From assembly GCA_964187785.1 (NCBI GenBank), contig OZ076409.1:55740001-55804000 (forward strand): a DNA stretch of 64,000 nucleotides. The letters run 5' to 3'. How positions within the stretch are numbered: position 1 is the stretch's first letter; each line of letters begins with the position of its first letter. Of this stretch, positions 63,191 through 64,000 are shown one piece after another. The position numbers and the translations under genes were made by a program. The DNA is from Amphiscolops sp. MND2022 (Eukaryota). The notes beneath the pieces were generated by a model. It did no database searches. It saw only the letters and a program-made list of their open reading frames with translations, and had not been told where the DNA came from.

Positions 63191-64000
63191 AAAATGCATT
63201 CCAGAAAAACATCGAAGTCATTTTGACAAAACTATTCCAGAGGTACCGGGAAATTATTTCTGTTTAAAAGCTGAGAAGTGTTACGGTTGTTCCTTGACAA
63301 AATATTCCTAAATCACCTAGCCAAATCCGCATTTTATATACAAATATTTTAAAAGAAGCATTTTGAAGTTTGTTTTTCAATTCAAGTGTTTGGTGTCTCT
63401 TTTTACATTTCAATTTTGCTGTTTGTCAATATTGTATTCTCTGATTCCGAATGGCCTTCATTGTTTGAATTGATTTAATACATTATCTGCACCCGTTAAT
63501 TAGTTTCTTTAGCACCAATGATTTTCGTAGTTCGAAGATTTTTCATCACTCCATGGTCATGTACCATGTTGAGCACTCCCTGCGAATCTGTGCAGATATG
63601 TACAGATCCTGACAGACATTCCAGGATTTGTCAAAAATTAACTATACGAAAATGACCGATACTATAACGTATTTCGAGCTAGCAGCAATTACAAAAACTA
63701 CTCCGGCAAACTATGTTCCCGGAATATTACAACAACAGCACTTTATCAACACCTCTACCAACCCAGAAGACCGCAGCGTGTCTAATTTAATCCGCCAAAA
63801 CGATGTCAATGTGGCAACCGGGCCTCTCAAAGTTAAAAATTTCTTCTGAACAGTTCAAGTGAAATGGATGAATTACCGTGTATAACCGAACAATACCGAA
63901 CATTCTCTAGTCACTGAAATTGCCATGATGGTGACTAATTTTCCTGCTCGAGCGTTTTGTGTGATGGAGAGTTTCACGTGACTGAGCCTTGATCAGCGAA

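Noticed and set aside
63628..63849. 73-aa ORF near the window end
   Set aside because: Short, with no recognisable motif or splice support.

Overview
Eukaryotic, AT-rich, transposon-dense genomic DNA with spliceosomal introns. It is probably from an invertebrate animal; it resembles acoel flatworm DNA to my eye, but that is unverified. Two host genes are present: a monofunctional peptide-amidating PHM (15912-17015, minus) and a 5-exon, plant-like GDP-mannose 3,5-epimerase (53351-63190, plus). The first 12.8 kb is the 3' part of an unusually large Ty3/gypsy LTR retrotransposon. After pol it carries (i) an antisense, 5-exon, ~1250-aa BED-zinc-finger gene, (ii) a sense accessory ORF that runs across the PPT into the 3' LTR, and (iii) a ~1.55-kb LTR containing the start of another ORF. 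It also has at least 10 exact copies, in both orientations, of the spaced motif GAC-N5-GTC-N5-GACWGCA in pol, the spacer and the LTR. Together these are the best candidate for an undescribed system: an element-encoded DNA-binding protein plus its cognate sites (self-regulation or anti-silencing). The rest of the window holds a decayed gypsy element inserted in a tRNA-derived SINE, a related solo LTR, a LINE 3' end, Helentron-like non-autonomous elements (one nested, with internal tandem repeats), MITEs and old ~175-bp tandem arrays. All analysis was done by eye and no database searches were run.
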